A stretch of DNA of 62,754 nt, the filler included, from Chrysochromulina tobinii (taxonomy: Eukaryota): assembly GCA_001275005.1 (NCBI GenBank). It is 6 parts of 6 records of this genome, joined end to end, with 100 filler letters (N's around TTAATTAATTAA, not from the genome) between each part and the next. Parts side by side here need not be neighbours in the genome. Positions count along the whole stretch, not along the records: positions 24,520 to 49,777 come from JWZX01001185.1; 5 more parts are not named here. The stretch is one strand, 5' to 3'. The notes beneath the pieces were generated by a model, which did not search any database, was not told where the DNA came from, and worked only from the letters and a program-made list of their open reading frames with translations. Below are positions 30,539-41,000 of the stretch, in pieces (position 1 is the first letter of the stretch; each line of letters starts with the position of its first letter). The translations under genes were made by a program, and so were the position numbers.

Positions 30539-31840
30539 ATGTTGCGGTGGCACTTCGTGCTCGTCCTTCTGCCGACATGCAGCGCCATCGTGTTTATGCC
30601 GCCTCCGAGTTCACGGGATGCATTCGCCAAGGTGCAACGGCGGGCGCCTCGTTCCGCCCAAGTGGTTGCACTTCAGCTTTCAAGGCCGGCTGAGGCTCCC
30701 GAATCTGCCAACTACCAAGTGCCTGAAGACGACTCGACCCGCATGGCTGTGTGGAATCGGCGCTTCCCAATCCAGTGGCGAGTCCTAAGTTTGCTGGTGC
30801 TTCAGAATTCGGTCACAACCTGTCTTGTCCGGCGAACGAGGCAACCGCACGCAGACGGGTCGATCCTGTATCTTGGCGGCGCGGCCGTGCTGGTGAGCGA
30901 GGTTCTCAAGCTGCTTGTTTGCTTGGTCGCGGTGGCGAGATCAGCCGGTGGCCTCAGAGGCCTTGCTCGCGAGCTGCGCTATACATTCAGCCGTGTCGGC
31001 GACACAGCACGCATGGGCGTGACCGCGCTCTCGTACGGGCTGCAAAACCAACTCTACTACGTGGCGCTGAGCCACATGTCGGCCACCTCGTACCAGCTGT
31101 GGTCGCAGACCAAGATCCTCTTCACCGCACTTTTCTTCGTCAACCTGCTCGGGCAGCAGCTCCGGCCGCGCCAGTGGCTTGCTCTCGGGCTCCTGGCTGC
31201 GGGTGTCGGTCTGGTTCAGCTCGCAGATGCAGCCGGCGCCGCGGCGGCGGGTGGCGCGGCGACGTCCGTTGCAGCAGCGAGTGGCTTGGCGATTGGGATC
31301 GCGGCGGTGCTGACCTCGAGCATTTTGAGCGGCTTCGCCAGCGTGTACCTCGAAAAGGCGCTCAAGCAAGCTCAGTGCGAGATAGATGCAGAGGGTTGCG
31401 ACGTCCAAGGGGCAAGGCGGGAGCCCATGTCGCTGTGGCTGCGCAATGTGCAACTGGGCGCCTTTGCGATCCCACAGGCGGCGCTGCTACTGCTCGCCTC
31501 GCCGTCCTCGCGAGCGGTGCTGCGCACCCACGGCGTGCTTGCCGGCTTCACTCCGGTCGTGTGGCTCGCCACAGCGCTAACCGCGATCGGAGGGCTTCTA
31601 GTGGCGACAGTCGTTAAGCATACGAACACCGTATTGAAGACGTACGCGACGGCGACGGCGATCTTGGTCACGTGCATCGCCACTGCGATCGCTACGCGCG
31701 CGCCGCCGTCGCCAGGCTTCGTACTTGGGCTCGGCACGGTGCTCTTCTCGATGGGCCTCTACAACGGCGTGAGCTGCAAGGCGGTCTTGCGGAAATGGCT
31801 CTCGCGACGGCGGAAAGATTCTGGAAGCAAAGCGACATGA
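30539..31840 (+). CDS. Nucleotide-sugar transporter (SLC35A; UDP-galactose/CMP-sialic acid type)
   Basis: LLVLQNS, AVLVSEVLK, YGLQNQL, YQLWSQTKILFTALF, SGFASVYLEK, SLWLRNVQL, GGLLVATVVKHTNTVLKTYA. Confidence 0.92.
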   Translation: MLRWHFVLVLLPTCSAIVFMPPPSSRDAFAKVQRRAPRSAQVVALQLSRPAEAPESANYQVPEDDSTRMAVWNRRFPIQWRVLSLLVLQNSVTTCLVRRTRQPHADGSILYLGGAAVLVSEVLKLLVCLVAVARSAGGLRGLARELRYTFSRVGDTARMGVTALSYGLQNQLYYVALSHMSATSYQLWSQTKILFTALFFVNLLGQQLRPRQWLALGLLAAGVGLVQLADAAGAAAAGGAATSVAAASGLAIGIAAVLTSSILSGFASVYLEKALKQAQCEIDAEGCDVQGARREPMSLWLRNVQLGAFAIPQAALLLLASPSSRAVLRTHGVLAGFTPVVWLATALTAIGGLLVATVVKHTNTVLKTYATATAILVTCIATAIATRAPPSPGFVLGLGTVLFSMGLYNGVSCKAVLRKWLSRRRKDSGSKAT

Positions 31841-32092
31841 GTTGTGTGCTTTGCCACAGAGTATGGATATGTTCGATTTCGCAATGAGGACTATTTTTGT
31901 ATTGTCGATTGTGCGCATGCAAATATCGAACTTCGTAGCCTTCATTATTCGATTATAGCTACTCATTACATGTAGCACGATCGTGCCTCAACCGAACGGT
32001 CGGCGAGACCACTCTAGGACGGTCAGTTGTGGCCATCTCAATTGTCGCAAGGCCTTCCGCTCACAAACAGCAAGGATCTACGCTTTGCATCC

Positions 32093-32937
32093 AAATGCCC
32101 ATCAAGATCCACGCTGCACATCCAAACGGTCAAGATGCGGTCTTCTTGTGTCGCCAGATTAGCTGTGCTAGCAACATTGTCATCTCCGCATCTTTTCTTG
32201 CTACACTCCTGCCCTTCCTTGCCTGGCTTCTTGCTTTCGCATATATCGTCCATCGAGCACAACGAACAACCACATCAGATACTACAGATACGACTGCGCC
32301 GACACCTTCGGCCGTGGACGATTCGATCGAATACGCGGATGGCGAGGGTGGCCCTGACGGGTCGTGCTCGGATCAGTCGTGGGTCGATGGGTCAGAGGCG
32401 AGTGATGCCGACGAGTTCGCACGTCCGGGTGAAACGTCGAGCAACAACAAAGCTAGCTCCAAGGAACGCAAGCGTGCTGACGTGAGGACGACACGGCGAC
32501 TCAGGTCCAAGGGAATCATGAAGGTGACGGTTGTAAATGCAAAGAGTTTGATGAAGGAAAAGGTGCCTGCAATCAGCGACAGCAAGTCGGCGCGCAAATG
32601 GTTCATGGGTGTGAAGGGCACGGAGTCGGAGACAGGTGCGGAGATGAAGGACATGGCCACAGTTGCGGCCGAGCTGGAGGCCAATAAGCCATGCGAGGAG
32701 CTCGACACGGCGCTTGACGTAGTAGACGAAGCTTTGATCGACGCGGTCCTCGTCGCGAGTGGGGAGGCCGTACGGCAGAGTCTCTACCTCGCTGAACGCA
32801 CCACCATCGCCCAGGATTTTCGCATCGACCCTCGTCACTCCTTCAACCAATCCGGAGGCGGAGGTGCGGCGCACCAGCATCGGATGGCCCAAATTCTGAA
32901 ATCCAATCGGATGGGCGCCGCGGTGGAGCTCGATTGA
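32093..32937 (+). CDS. Hypothetical protein
   Basis: ~280-aa ATG ORF with an N-terminal hydrophobic segment and acidic/basic blocks; no family recognised. Confidence 0.4.
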
Positions 32938-34587
32938 CGTCGTCTGCTACATGTATCACAGACGTTCTTACATGAAGAGATCAAGAGAACATGTGGTATA
33001 GTGGCCGGTCTGCGCCACGGTCGCGCCCGCTGTCGTGCCCTTGCTGTCCACGTGCGAACATCGCGTCCTGATCGCGAGACGCGTTTAATGAAGGGAATAA
33101 TAAGCCGTAATCCCGTTGTATTCCCGTATCTCGAACGCCAGCGTGATTACAGCGTGAGTGATACACGCAGCGACTAAAGTACTGTAGGTCAGTACATACC
33201 AACAGTGAATTCTGGTGCCCTATTCTGAAGTCGTCTGCGGTCTGGTGTACTGTACCGTACCGGGATGGACCGGGCACCTCGTAGTTGTAACCTAAAAACC
33301 TATGTACCAGTACGCCATGGTCCAAATATTGCCATGCTCATGGCCATGCTGTCGTCAAATCAGGAGAACGAACGTCACGCTCACGAGTGTAGAGAAGGTT
33401 CTTCAACCTGGTCGAAGAACTTGTCGCGGGGCCGGCGGGGCGCGCGCATCCCGTTACATCACGCGTCGTTACAGAACAGGGTTTTTTACCGGTACCGGTA
33501 CCGGTAAAGTCGTCTTCTTGGCTCCGCGTGGAGCGTGGACACAACATGGCGACGTGTGTGGCTGTGCGGCGGCTCGGAGTGGAGCGCCCATCAGTTCGCG
33601 GCCGCACGAGCACAAGTGGCACTCTTCATTATCGTCACGAGGTGAGCCGCGAGCGCTGCAGCCGTCCGCTGCTCGCCTGAGCCATGGCAGCCCACCCTTT
33701 GCCGTGCTGGCGCCCACTCCGGCCCTGAGCGCGAAGAACGAAAAAACATTGGTTAAGATCCGATGCAATGCGTGCGGACTTCAAAACGACATCGAATCGA
33801 GAGCGCTCTGGCCTGGCGCCTGCTGGGCGCTGCTGGTCGCCACGCTGTGACCTCTCTGCTTGCCCTGCTAAACTCGATGCGCACATGCCAAACTCCATGC
33901 GGCCGTCTTCTCATGGTCCCACCAACCTCCCTATGATGACTACCTTATTCCGAATGGTTACCATCCTGATGATAACCTTTGTAACGTGTTGTCCTATGAG
34001 GGAGTGCATTGGCCGATGTGCTTCGCGCCTTCGCCTTGTTGCGCAGCCACACAGAACGACCTCCCGCCGACCCGGGACCCGCCCCAGCCTTGGGCCACCA
34101 CCCCACCCAGACTCACAGAGCTCAAGTCTGTACGTGTGCGTGTGATGTTGCGCACCGCAGGAGAGAGACCGAATGGCAGTCGTCGATCTGAGCGGGCACA
34201 GCACATACCGACAGAGACGCTTCGGGGTACAGTACCAAGGTATTCTATTCTGTAGTCCTGTAATCGGTGTCCGATATGATTGGTTTGCGGACTCTTCTGA
34301 TACTTTCATCTGAGAATGAAACTCTCCCCCATCATTAACTCGACTCCACCCCAGAGCCCGGAATCGGCCGAAGCCTGAAGAAGCCTGCGCGGCAAGTGCA
34401 CTATGCAAGGATACTATGCTGCACGCGGCCGGCACGCGGCAGGGACCCCCCTTCCCGGGCCTTCCGCCGGCAGCCTGGCTCCGGCCGAGCCGCTCGGACG
34501 GGGGGGTTGGCACCAGGGGGAAAACAGTGCCCGGTGTGAACATACGAGCTGGGAACCTCGGTCGGGGGCTCGGAGGGCCCGAAAGAA

Positions 34588-37500
34588 ATGCAAATCCTGT
34601 TAGGAAACGTCGCTCGCGACTTGGCGTCCTGGCTGCCAGCGCTCCGCCTCAACGTGCCGGACCAACAGCTGAGTGCCCGCGAATCGCTGCAGAATCTCAC
34701 GTGCGCGATTACTTCGGTCGGTAACTTCAGTGCAGGCACCGTGGCAGCAAACCTCAGCCTCCTCATGACTGGCTTCGGTGCATCGTGCGACGGCGAATTG
34801 GTGCGTCACGGCATCCAAGGTGACACGACACGAAACGAGTCGATTTCAATCGATGTGCCTCGCTTCGAAGCCGTAATTGCGATAGCTGATCCTGTCCGAG
34901 CGTGGCTGCCAAGCTGCTACCTCGATGGTAGTGTAGCCGTCAGCACGGTACCAGAGAGGGCATTGAGCGGCAGCGCACTCTGTGATCGCATGGAGCTGCT
35001 CGTGAATGAGACGCTCACGCCGCTGCTCGTGTCTCTAGCTGGCGCGCTCCCTTCTACACCGCCTCCGTTGCCGCCCATGCCGCCTCCGTCGCCGCCCTCG
35101 CCATTGCGCTCGCCTGAGCCGGGCGGCGGATTGATCGACTGGACGAAGAGCCACGCGTTCGCCGTGGCCGCGTCCGTGCTCGACCAATACGGCGCCCCGT
35201 TTGTCGACCGGATAGTCGACCGACTGACCAATGGCACTGGCACCCTCCACATCCTCCTCAGCCTGGAGGCCGCCTTGCTGGACCCTTCCACGCTGGTTGC
35301 CCCCTTGGTCGGCGCGTCCAATGGCACGAGCCCCTTACTCAACGTGAGCGTACAGCTCCAGGCGCTGCACCTAGCTGGACTCGACTCCATCCTCTCTCTC
35401 AGCCTCAAGGCGCCCGATACGGCGCATCCGCAGAGCCTTCACGTGGGGATCGAGGCCCAGTCGCTGCGGCTCGGGGCGACCGTCTCGATTCTCGCGGCTC
35501 CCACCGGGGCCGTCGTATCGGGCGTCGGAGGTGGCGCCACCGACGCGATGGGGCTCTACGGCCCTGCACTCGAGGAGACATTTGAGATCACACTCGAGAT
35601 GGTGAACGCCTCGATGGACGTGTCCATGCTGTGGGGGCTCGATGCGGCGGGCATCGCATCCTTGCAGGCGGCGTATGCCGATGGCTCTGCGTCCTCCAGC
35701 TCGTCGGCCGCCCTCCTCGGCTGCATCCAGGCCGCGACTGTGGAGGTCAACCTGACGGCTATCCGAGCGGGCTTCGGGAGAGCGCCCGGCATAGGCATCG
35801 TGCGCGTGGCGGCGCCCGGAAGTGACGAGAAGCAGTTGGGAACGATGCTCAACCAGACGCAGCGCTGGCTCGAGGACGCCTTCGGACCGAACGTCGCTGC
35901 TGACCTCGCGATGGTCGCTCTCAACAACGCCGTCAAGCCGAGGCTCGAGCTCGCGCTGCAAGCTGCACTGCTGAACCAGAGTGCAGTGTGCGAGCTGCCG
36001 TCCCCCGCTGCGCCGCAGCCCGCCTTTAGCAAGAAGGAAGAGGTGAGTTATGCCGTCGGCGGTGCACTCTATGCACTGGTGGCGACGCTCGTTATGGCAC
36101 GCTTCCTGCAGCAGCGGCGAACGAAGCAGCGCGCCGCCGCCAACCGGCTCCTCGATGCCCTACACGCCGCCGACAACCGGCTGCTCGATGCGCTTCTCGA
36201 CGCCCAGAGCCCTCGACTTGAGCGCCGTGCTCAGCGAGCCGAACCGAGCCCGACGGCATATTACGAAGTCACACCTAGCGGGACCTCGTTGCCGCTGGTC
36301 GGGCATCGGTGCCAAGCCGAGGAGCCGGCCTGGGCGGCCCTCGCGGACCACTCGGACCTCGCGATTCGCCTGCTCGTTCCCTTGCTGCTTGCGATCCAGG
36401 CGGTGCTCAGCGCACAGCTCGCGCTCGGCTCGGTGTGGTCGTCGACAAAGCTCGTGCTCGGCCCCAGCCGGGAGCTGCCGCTGTACGAGTCGACGTTTTG
36501 GGACAATGTGAAGCAGTTTTGGGACAGCCAGGACGAGGCGACGGCGGTTTTGCTCGTTATGGCATCCGCGGTGCAGCCCGTCGTCAAGATCGGGATCATG
36601 AGCGCCGCGTGGTGGCTCCCTCTGCCCCCCTACCTCCGCAACCGCGCGATCACGATGCAGGAGCTCACGGCCAAGTACTCGATGGTGGCCGCCTACGTGA
36701 ACGCGTACCTCCTCATCGTCTTTTCCTTGAGCCTCAGGCTGCCGCCGTCCCCGCGGCGCTCCGAGGCGGCGATCGCCTTGGAACCGAACGCTGCGGAACC
36801 TATCGCTGAGATCGTGACGGACGTTCTTCCGGGCGAGGTGCTCTTCGTGTATGCTCAAATCATCGCCCAGGCGACGATCACACTCCTGCGCGTCCTGCAC
36901 GACCGTGCAGCCGCCTCCCAGCCCTCCTCAACCGCCGCCGCCGAGGCCGAGGCCGAGGCCGCCGCCAGAACGGCCAATCTCGCGGCCATCGACGTGGACT
37001 CATGGTTCCCCGCCGCCCGCACCCCGAGCACGAGCGCCGTCGTGAGCGGCAAGCCTCGCGCTCTTCGGATTCCATCATGCTCGACGGTCATCGGTGTGGC
37101 CTGCGGCGCCGTCGCGTCGGCCGCGTCGCTCTCGATGGTGGTCCACGGAGGGAAGCTGTATGGCGTCGAGCTCTCGTCGGTGAGCTTTGAGTACACCGGG
37201 CTCCTCGCGCCCTGGATCGATGCATCAGGACCCGAGTGGACGATGGGTGCCAACGGCAGCCTGACCAGCGCGTATGCGCTCGGGGAGCTCCCGAGTTTGG
37301 TGCGTGAGCGCGTCTTGAACGATGACGCCGTCCGCGACAACCTAGTCTTTTGGACCTGGGCACTGCCGATTGTGACGCCGGCGGCCACCATCGCCCTCTC
37401 CCTCATTCTCGCGCTTCTGTGGGGGCAAGCCGCCGCCGCGGGTGGGCGTCGGCGCGCACGGGCTGGCGGACGGACGCACCGACTGATCGGGCTCGTGCAC

Positions 37501-37767
37501 CGCGCGCTGCAGCTGCTCGCCCCGTGGTCGTTCCTCGAGGTGTATGCGCTGGGGGTGCTCGTGCTCGTGCCGGATGTGCGCACCGTCGCGCACTTTGTCT
37601 TCGACGAGAATCGATGCCCTGCGGCGATCTCGACTGATCTCGGGGAGAGCTGCCTCGAGATCGATGGCCACTTCACCGATGGCACGTGGGTGCTTGTGGG
37701 TACGGCCTTCCTGATCTTTTGCACTGTGCAGCTCGCCATCTTGAGGCTGGGACCGCAGGCGCAGTGA
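34588..37767 (+). CDS. Large membrane protein with two PqiA-like domains and a beta-rich N-terminal region
   Basis: TFWDNVKQFW...AVLLVMASAVQPVVK...LTAKYSMVAAYV and LLAPWSFLEVYALGVLV; 5' end may be incomplete. Confidence 0.75.
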   Translation: MQILLGNVARDLASWLPALRLNVPDQQLSARESLQNLTCAITSVGNFSAGTVAANLSLLMTGFGASCDGELVRHGIQGDTTRNESISIDVPRFEAVIAIADPVRAWLPSCYLDGSVAVSTVPERALSGSALCDRMELLVNETLTPLLVSLAGALPSTPPPLPPMPPPSPPSPLRSPEPGGGLIDWTKSHAFAVAASVLDQYGAPFVDRIVDRLTNGTGTLHILLSLEAALLDPSTLVAPLVGASNGTSPLLNVSVQLQALHLAGLDSILSLSLKAPDTAHPQSLHVGIEAQSLRLGATVSILAAPTGAVVSGVGGGATDAMGLYGPALEETFEITLEMVNASMDVSMLWGLDAAGIASLQAAYADGSASSSSSAALLGCIQAATVEVNLTAIRAGFGRAPGIGIVRVAAPGSDEKQLGTMLNQTQRWLEDAFGPNVAADLAMVALNNAVKPRLELALQAALLNQSAVCELPSPAAPQPAFSKKEEVSYAVGGALYALVATLVMARFLQQRRTKQRAAANRLLDALHAADNRLLDALLDAQSPRLERRAQRAEPSPTAYYEVTPSGTSLPLVGHRCQAEEPAWAALADHSDLAIRLLVPLLLAIQAVLSAQLALGSVWSSTKLVLGPSRELPLYESTFWDNVKQFWDSQDEATAVLLVMASAVQPVVKIGIMSAAWWLPLPPYLRNRAITMQELTAKYSMVAAYVNAYLLIVFSLSLRLPPSPRRSEAAIALEPNAAEPIAEIVTDVLPGEVLFVYAQIIAQATITLLRVLHDRAAASQPSSTAAAEAEAEAAARTANLAAIDVDSWFPAARTPSTSAVVSGKPRALRIPSCSTVIGVACGAVASAASLSMVVHGGKLYGVELSSVSFEYTGLLAPWIDASGPEWTMGANGSLTSAYALGELPSLVRERVLNDDAVRDNLVFWTWALPIVTPAATIALSLILALLWGQAAAAGGRRRARAGGRTHRLIGLVHRALQLLAPWSFLEVYALGVLVLVPDVRTVAHFVFDENRCPAAISTDLGESCLEIDGHFTDGTWVLVGTAFLIFCTVQLAILRLGPQAQ

Positions 37768-38057
37768 GTGAGGCTGAGGGCATGAAGTCGGGCCGCCGCG
37801 GGTCTCGAGCACACCGTCTGACATGGCACATGGCACAGTCTGTATGCGGACATGGTCAATCACGAAAGGGGCCTCAGGGCACGTACCGTATGTTCTCTAC
37901 AAACAGGAATCTTCGGTACGGTACATGTATGCGTCGGTCCCATTGTCAACTCTTTCTACTCAGCGGTGTGCTGGGGGAGCGCGTTGTCCCGAGCGTTTTT
38001 GTGACGGCGAACGCAAGGCGTCTCTCTTCACTTTGCCAAGTTGCGGCATTGGCCGAG

Positions 38058-41000
38058 ATGCACCCGGAAGCAGCCAGCAGCAATCTAGCAGTGCAATTCC
38101 TCTCGAGCTTCATGGGCTCGGTGCCAACCCTCGCCTGGCGGCCGCCGCCGCCGCCGCCGCCGGAGAAGGTCGCGCTCGTCTTCGCGCGCGCCATTCAACG
38201 TAATTGGCCGGGCATCGTCATCCTCGGGCTTCTTTTTGGCGCCATCCTGTGGCAAATTGGCGAGCGCAAGGCGGCGAAGAAGCCGTCCAAGGGCAAGGAC
38301 AGCGGCCCAGCCGTCCCCGAACCCAAGAAGGAGAAGGACTTTGTCGACCCGTCGTTACCGATCCTGCTGCACGCCTACTCGGGCTACGCCTACCTCATCA
38401 TGCGTGGCTACTTCCTAGACTTCCTGCAGATCCTCGTCGGCACCCTTTTCTTCTGGCGCATGTTTGGAATGACCGGCGGCAAGCCGACGTCGCCGCCGCT
38501 CGCGGCCAAGGCGGGACCGCCCTTCAACTCAGGCTGGGTGATCTTCTACACACGTAGGCTCTACAGCCGCATCCAAGACTGCTGGAACCGGCCGATCGCC
38601 GGAGAGGCGGCGACATCGCTGGACGTGATCATCCGGCAAAAGCAGAGCAGCGGCGATGCGGCACCGCTCGTGCCCACGGGTGAGAAGCGCCGCTGCCTCA
38701 ACCTGGGCTCGTACAACTACCTGGGCTTTGGCGGCCTGGACGAGACTTGCACGCCAGCCGTCATCGAGGCGCTGCGCACGTACGGCGTTTCGGCGTGCTC
38801 GTCGCGGCTCGAGGCGGGCCATGTGCCGGTGCACTCGGAGCTCGAGTCGACTGTCGCGCGCTTCCTGGGCAAGGAGAGCGCCCTGGTCATCGGGATGGGC
38901 TTCGCGACGAACTCGACGATCATCCCTGTGCTCGTCGATCCGGAGGGCAACGGCAAGGGTGTGCTGTTGCTCTCGGACACTCTCAACCACTCGTCGATCG
39001 TCGAGGGGGTGCGCGGCTCGGGCGCCAAGGTCGTGCCGTTCGCGCACAACAACATGCACCACCTCGAGGCCATTCTGCGCCGCGCGACTGACGACGGGCA
39101 GGCCTCGGGAGTCCCGTGGCGCAAGATCATCATCCTCGTCGAGGGGATCTACTCAATGGAGGGCCAGTTCTCGAGGTTGCGCGAGATTGTGGCGCTCAAG
39201 AAAAAGTACCGCGCGTACTTGTACCTCGACGAGGCGCACTCGATCGGGGCCGTTGGGCCGGGTGGACGTGGAATCACTGACCTCTTCGGCATACCGACGG
39301 CGGATGTGGACATCATGATGGGCACGTTTACCAAGTCGTTTGGCTCGATTGGCGGCTACCTCGCAGCCGACGCGCACGTGATCTCGGCGCTGCGCCGCCA
39401 CTCGGCCTCGTCGCTGTACGCGGCGGCCATGTCGCCGCCCGCCGCTCAGCAGGTACTCTCCGCGCTCAAGATGATCATGGGGGAGGATCCAGCCTCGGGC
39501 GACCGAGGCACGAAACGGATGGCGCAGCTCGTGCGCAACTCGAACAAGTTCCGCGAGGGACTCATTCGGATGGGCGGGCGCGTGCTCGGCGACCGCGACT
39601 CGCCCGTGATCCCGATGATGCTCTACCATCCCGAGAAGATTTACAACTTCTCACAGGCGTGCTTGCGGCGTCACCTCGCGGTCGTCGTCGTGGGCTACCC
39701 GGCCACACCGTTGCTGCTCTCGCGTGTGCGCTTCTGCATCGCCGCATCGCACACCGAGGCGGAGCTCGATGAGGCGCTCGTCAAGATCGAGGCGGCCGCG
39801 AAGGAGGTGGGCGTGCTCTACGACAAGGGCACCGAGACGGCGCTCTCGCCGGATCCCGACGCCGTCGCCAAGGCCCATATGGCTCAGCTTAAGGCCGCGC
39901 CGCTCGACGATGGGCTGGCTACTGCGTGGACGCCCGAGCCGCTCGTGCCGCCTTCGCCCCCGGGGCGAGAGGAGCCCGAGGCGGCGTACCAGCTCGCTCT
40001 CCAGACGGCGCTCACGGTAGCCAAAGGCAAGCCGGCGCTCGAGCTGCGCACGACCGACTTTCTGCGCATGACCAGTGCGGAGGCGACACGTGCCGCGGCG
40101 GAGGCCGCGCTGCGCAAGTACGGCTGCGGCACGTGCGGCCCGCGCGGCTTTTACGGCACGCTCGACGTGCACCTTGAGCTCGAGAGCGCGCTCGCGTCCT
40201 TTCTGCAGACCGAGGCGGCGATCATATACTCGTATGGCATCGCGACGCCCTCGTCCGTCATCCCTGCTTTCGTGCGCGCGGGGGACGTACTGTTCGCTGA
40301 TGAGGCGATCCATTTCACCACCGCAGTGGGTGTGAAGCTCGCGCGCGGCGCGCCGCGATACTTTGCGCACAACGACATGGTGCAGCTCGAGGCGATGCTC
40401 GCCGCGCAGGCGCAGGCGGACCGAGCGCTACCAGCCGCGAAACGTCCGCGGCGCTTCCTGCTGGCCGAGGGGCTGTACGCCAACGGCGGCGGCTTGTGTA
40501 ACCTCCCCGAGCTGCTCCGGCTACGTGACGCCTTCGGCTGCTACCTGATCGTCGACGAGACTCTCTCGATCGGCGCCCTGGGCCCCACGGGCCGCGGCGT
40601 GGCGGAACATTTTGGGCGCGCCCCATGCGAGATCGACATCATCGTCGGGTCGATGGAGCACGCAATTGGCTCTGTCGGGGGCTTCTGCGCGGGCTCGACG
40701 ATGATCGTCTCGCACCAGCGCCTCTCGGGCACGGGCTACTGCTTCTCGGCGTCGCTGCCCGCCTTCGCCACGTGCGCCGCGCTTGCGGCCCTAAAGCTGA
40801 TAGACGACGAGCCGCAGCGCTTGGCCCAGCTGCGCGAGGCGACTGCAGTCCTCGGGAGCACGCTCACGACCCATCTAGGAGGGCTCAAGCACGTCACCAT
40901 CGATGCGCATGAGGCGTCGCCGCTCGCGCACGTGGGCCTCTCGGCGGGCGCTCGCCAGGTGCTCTCCGTCCGACAGCAAGAGCAGCTGCTGCGCGCGGCG

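Noticed and set aside
33485..33508. Palindromic (accggt)3 tract
   Set aside because: A simple repeat of a self-complementary hexamer; no further structure.
37686..38057. N-terminal extension of SPT in the ORF track
   Set aside because: It starts at GTG inside the upstream gene and crosses intergenic-looking sequence; ATG 38058 is the more plausible start.
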